Shown: in pieces, positions 60,760 to 64,000 of the stretch | Position numbering within the stretch: the first letter of the stretch is position 1 | Layout of the letters: each line of letters begins with the position of its first letter | Source: Pontiella sp. | Lineage (GTDB): Bacteria; Verrucomicrobiota; Kiritimatiellia; Kiritimatiellales; Pontiellaceae | Reading direction: 5' to 3' | Length of the DNA stretch: 64,000 bases | Assembly: GCA_050290185.1 (NCBI GenBank) | Contig: JBNKHE010000001.1 | Span: 130,713 to 194,712 of the forward strand | Notes under the pieces: generated by a model | The model's database searches: none | What the model was told of the DNA's origin: nothing | The model's input: the letters and a program-made list of their open reading frames with translations, nothing else | Position numbers and translations under genes: made by a program

Positions 60760-61611
60760 ATGAAGACAAGATACAAAACCATCATGTTGGCGGCTATTTT
60801 CGTGATTGCCCAGTTCACCCAGCCCTCTGCCCGGGGACAGGAGGCACCACAAACATCCAATGATCTGCCGCGCGAAAATGTTCGCCTCGTGTGGACCATT
60901 GACGAAAAGGACAAGGAGCCGATAACCTTTGCCATTGTCAACAATGGACATGCATGCCGCATGGACAACCTTGCATATGCAGTGGAGATCGGCGATGACC
61001 GGCTTCCGGCGATGATGAGCATCAAAGCCGCCATCGCAAGAAAGGACATCTCGACCTATATTGTCAACTATACCTTCGGGATGCAGGTTCCCATTTCTAC
61101 GGGAGTCAGCACTGTCCCCGGAAAAATCAACGACCAAAGTAGAGTCCGCCGTATGAACTATGAATACAAGGACATCGTGACGGAAAGCACAGTATCCATG
61201 GAGCTGGGAAAATCTCTGGAGTTGATCCGCGATCCACAGCGCATCGTGACCCTCGAACTGCAGCAGGTCGAATCCCTTGAACCACAACGCGTCGACGAAG
61301 AACCGCCATCCATCGCGCCCTTCCTGGGCAATTGGGAAGCACAAGTTGGCGACATGCATCTTGTCATTCAAATTGAGAAGAACCAACGCGCCGTCCTTCT
61401 CAAAGATGACGTGGCATGGGACGCCACCTGGCAAATAGACGGCCAGAGAGTTATTCTTACACTGGAAGACGACGAAATCCTCACAGGTCGGCTGGAGGGC
61501 ACTAGTACATTGATATTCGGGGAACGAGGAATAGGGCCGCCCTTGCCCTTCCATAGGGTGTCAAAGGCGACGGGCTCGTCGGCGGAAAAGGGAGACGACC
61601 TTGAAAAATAA
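60760..61611 (+). CDS. Secreted protein sharing a domain with the C-terminus of kinase 1
   Basis: Signal peptide MKTRYKTIMLAAIFVIAQ; GAAAGGA RBS; similarity to the kinase 1 tail visible by eye. Confidence 0.8.
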   Translation: MKTRYKTIMLAAIFVIAQFTQPSARGQEAPQTSNDLPRENVRLVWTIDEKDKEPITFAIVNNGHACRMDNLAYAVEIGDDRLPAMMSIKAAIARKDISTYIVNYTFGMQVPISTGVSTVPGKINDQSRVRRMNYEYKDIVTESTVSMELGKSLELIRDPQRIVTLELQQVESLEPQRVDEEPPSIAPFLGNWEAQVGDMHLVIQIEKNQRAVLLKDDVAWDATWQIDGQRVILTLEDDEILTGRLEGTSTLIFGERGIGPPLPFHRVSKATGSSAEKGDDLEK

Positions 61612-61842
61612 GTGATTATAAGATACCCTATCGATGGGGCGGATAAATATTTGACTTCAGGTGGAGAGACCATGTCCTCATCATCCACGGACAGCGGAAA
61701 CGCTGTCCCTTCACGAAATTTTAGAAATCACAATATTTAATCGCCGGAACAATAAGGTCCGCGGAGATTGCCGATATTTCCTCGCCCGCTACCAAGTATG
61801 ATGGGCGGTACGCTTTTATAACCTCAGCTCCACCTAAAAACC

Positions 61843-61877
61843 TGTAACACCCGCCGGAAAATCGGTAAGTATGTGGT
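61843..61877 (+). promoter_or_regulatory. Putative ECF promoter for ECF sigma 2 (TGTAAC-N18-AAGTA), likely leaderless
   Basis: TGTAAC starts 35 nt before the ATG at 61878; no clear SD. Confidence 0.65.
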
Positions 61878-62627
61878 ATGGGTAATACTTCAAAGGGGAA
61901 TGAAACGCAGGACGACATCTTCGTCACTACGCGGTGGACCGTGGTGCTGCATGCGGCCGACGGCTCCTCTCCGGATGCGGAGCGGGCGTTGGAGGAAATC
62001 TGCCAAGTATACTGGTTTCCACTCTATGCCTACATCCGTCGGCGCGGTCATTCGTCCGAAGATGCCGAGGACCTGACCCAGGAATTCTTTCGCCAGCTGC
62101 TGGAAAAAAACTGGATCGCGGATGCGGATCGTGAAAAGGGCAAATTGCGTGCCTTCCTGATTACGGCCCTGAAGCATTTCATGACCAGCGAATGGCGCAA
62201 GGCGACCGCGCAAAAGCGCGGAGGCGGACAGGTTCATCTTTCCATCGACACCCAGATGGCGGAGGGCCGTTATGCCGCTGCAACCAGCTCCCCCAGCATC
62301 GAAGCCGAAGCCCTGTTTGATCATGAATGGGCCCTCACCCTGTTGGAGTTGACGGTTCAGCGCCTGAAGAATGAATACCGTGATGCAGGCAAGTCCGATG
62401 AATTCGCGGCCTTGAAGGACGGCTTGTTCCTGTCACACCAGAGCGTGGACTATCCCGCCCTGGCTCTACGGCTGGGCAAAACCGAGAATGCGCTGCGTGT
62501 AATGGTTCATCGCTTGCGCAAACGCTTCCGCGAACTCTACCGCACCGAAGTCGCCCAAACCCTCCCGCCCGGCGCCGACCTTGACGAGGAAATGCACCAC
62601 CTCGCCGAAAGCCTCTCCAGCAGATAA
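61878..62627 (+). CDS. ECF sigma factor 2 (paralogue of 56894-57649)
   Basis: Same motifs; long peptide stretches identical to ECF 1. Confidence 0.92.
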   Translation: MGNTSKGNETQDDIFVTTRWTVVLHAADGSSPDAERALEEICQVYWFPLYAYIRRRGHSSEDAEDLTQEFFRQLLEKNWIADADREKGKLRAFLITALKHFMTSEWRKATAQKRGGGQVHLSIDTQMAEGRYAAATSSPSIEAEALFDHEWALTLLELTVQRLKNEYRDAGKSDEFAALKDGLFLSHQSVDYPALALRLGKTENALRVMVHRLRKRFRELYRTEVAQTLPPGADLDEEMHHLAESLSSR

Positions 62628-62714
62628 TGTCTTTTAACCGGATCACAGGAGTCCATGGATACTTGATTCCTATCCTGTACATCCGGTTGATCCTGTCTAA
62701 AATTTGCCTGTTTT

Positions 62715-62749
62715 TGTAACAAGTCGGTTTTGCCCGCGCAGTAGATAGT
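62715..62749 (+). promoter_or_regulatory. Putative ECF promoter for kinase 2 (TGTAAC-N18-CAGTA), likely leaderless
   Basis: TGTAAC starts 35 nt before the ATG at 62750; no SD. Confidence 0.65.
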
Positions 62750-64000
62750 ATGAATACTTCACCCAACAAATCATGTCCGCAATGTGGCGGCCCGCTTCCG
62801 GATGGTTCACTTGAGGGCATTTGCCCCAAATGCCTGATGCAAATGAATCTTGCCGGTCCGACGCAAATGGAGAACGAGACCGGGGAAAAGATCAAAAAGC
62901 CTCTAGCGCCAACCATCGAAGAACTGGCACCGCATTTCCCGCAGCTCGAAATCCTGGAATTCATCGGTCAGGGCGGCATGGGCGCCGTCTACAAAGCCCG
63001 CCAGAAGGAACTGGACCGCATCGTCGCCCTCAAGATTCTCCCGCAGGAGATCGGCGAAACTCCCGGCTTTTCCGAGCGGTTCACCCGCGAAGCCCGCGCC
63101 CTCGCCAAACTCAACCATCCCGGCATTGTAACCATCCATGAGTTCGGCAAAACCGACGGGCTTTTCTTTTTCCTGATGGAATATGTCGACGGCCTCAATC
63201 TGCGGGGCCTCCTCCACGGTGGCCGCATCTCTGCCCGTGAGGCACTGGCCATCGTGCCGCAAATCTGCGATGCCCTCCAGTATGCCCACGACCACGGCAT
63301 CGTCCACCGCGACATCAAACCTGAAAATATTCTCCTCGACCGTCTCGGCCACGTAAAGGTCGCCGACTTCGGCCTCGCAAAAATCATGGGAACCCCGGAA
63401 CCCACGCCGGCTGGCTCGACGGATGTTCCAATCGGCAATCAACAATCGACCATCGGCAATGCCATTCTGGGCACGCCCAAATACATGTCGCCCGAGCAGG
63501 TCGAAGCGCCGGGCACGGTCGACCACCGCGCGGATATCTACGCCCTCGGCGTCGTTTTCTACCAGATGCTCACCGGCGAAATGCCGGACCAGGATCTGCA
63601 GCCTCCGTCTAAAAAGGTCCGCATCGACGTGCGACTCGACGAAGTCGTCCTGCGCGCGCTCGAACAAAAACCCGACCTCCGCTACCAGCAGGCCAGCATC
63701 CTCAAGACCGAAGTGGAAACCCTGATCTCAACGCCTCCAGAAAATGACAACACGGGCACTTCTGGAAGAAGCAGTACAAAACAACACAAACTCCATGCAG
63801 TCACCGCAATTCTTTGCTTCCTTGCGTCCCTGATGTGGGCTCTACGAGCCGTTTCCCTGGGTTGGAAAGGACTGACGGGCCAGCCCATCCTGATCTCCAT
63901 GATATTCCTCCTTGTCGCGACGGTTTTTGGGCTACTGTCGCGAGCTTCGGCCTATCACAGAAACCACGGTACAATGCCGCACGCCGGTGCCGGAAGGCCA
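62750..64000 (+). CDS. Membrane Ser/Thr protein kinase 2, cut off at the 3' end by the window edge
   Basis: Manual translation MNTSPNKSCPQCGG...GICPKC...GQGGMG...HRDIKPEN...DFG...GTPKYMSPE, then TM helices. Absent from the ORF track because it has no stop in the window. Confidence 0.93.
   Translation, partial: MNTSPNKSCPQCGGPLPDGSLEGICPKCLMQMNLAGPTQMENETGEKIKKPLAPTIEELAPHFPQLEILEFIGQGGMGAVYKARQKELDRIVALKILPQEIGETPGFSERFTREARALAKLNHPGIVTIHEFGKTDGLFFFLMEYVDGLNLRGLLHGGRISAREALAIVPQICDALQYAHDHGIVHRDIKPENILLDRLGHVKVADFGLAKIMGTPEPTPAGSTDVPIGNQQSTIGNAILGTPKYMSPEQVEAPGTVDHRADIYALGVVFYQMLTGEMPDQDLQPPSKKVRIDVRLDEVVLRALEQKPDLRYQQASILKTEVETLISTPPENDNTGTSGRSSTKQHKLHAVTAILCFLASLMWALRAVSLGWKGLTGQPILISMIFLLVATVFGLLSRASAYHRNHGTMPHAGAGRP

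Noticed and set aside
56894..64000. Diversity-generating retroelement or shufflon as the cause of kinase variation
   Set aside because: No reverse transcriptase, recombinase or adenine-specific TR/VR pair is visible in the window.

Overview
A 64-kb bacterial chromosomal window, moderately GC-rich and mostly housekeeping. The gene mix (SHD1-type secreted protein, ECF sigma/Ser-Thr kinase pairs, Gld-like ABC, Rnf) suggests a PVC-superphylum organism such as Kiritimatiellota/Pontiella; this is inference only. Core genes: asd, purL, a DEAD-box helicase, hisC/hisD, mnmE, gpsA/plsY, ydbH-ynbE-ydbL, satP, lysS, tsaD, rnfABCDGE and pgl. No rRNA, tRNA, CRISPR array or intact transposase was recognised. 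The most striking region is 55.9-64 kb, a tandem duplication of an ECF sigma factor + membrane Ser/Thr kinase module. (i) The kinase domains are near-identical, but their C-terminal membrane/extracytoplasmic parts look unrelated. (ii) A TGTAAC-N18-(A/C)AG(T/A)A motif starts exactly 35 nt before three start codons, consistent with leaderless ECF promoters. (iii) A free secreted protein carries a paralogue of kinase 1's outermost domain. (iv) Both activation loops contain repeat-like DNA: a GTAG REP-like palindrome in one and a heptamer repeat in the other. Other points of interest: a Cys-rich GAF sigma54 activator with visible binding sites and target promoter, a cNMP-CBS-DUF294 nucleotidyltransferase/DEDDh exonuclease pair, and three AsmA-like lipid-bridge genes, one co-oriented with a GldAFG-like ABC system. 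All calls come from reading the sequence; no database searches were run.
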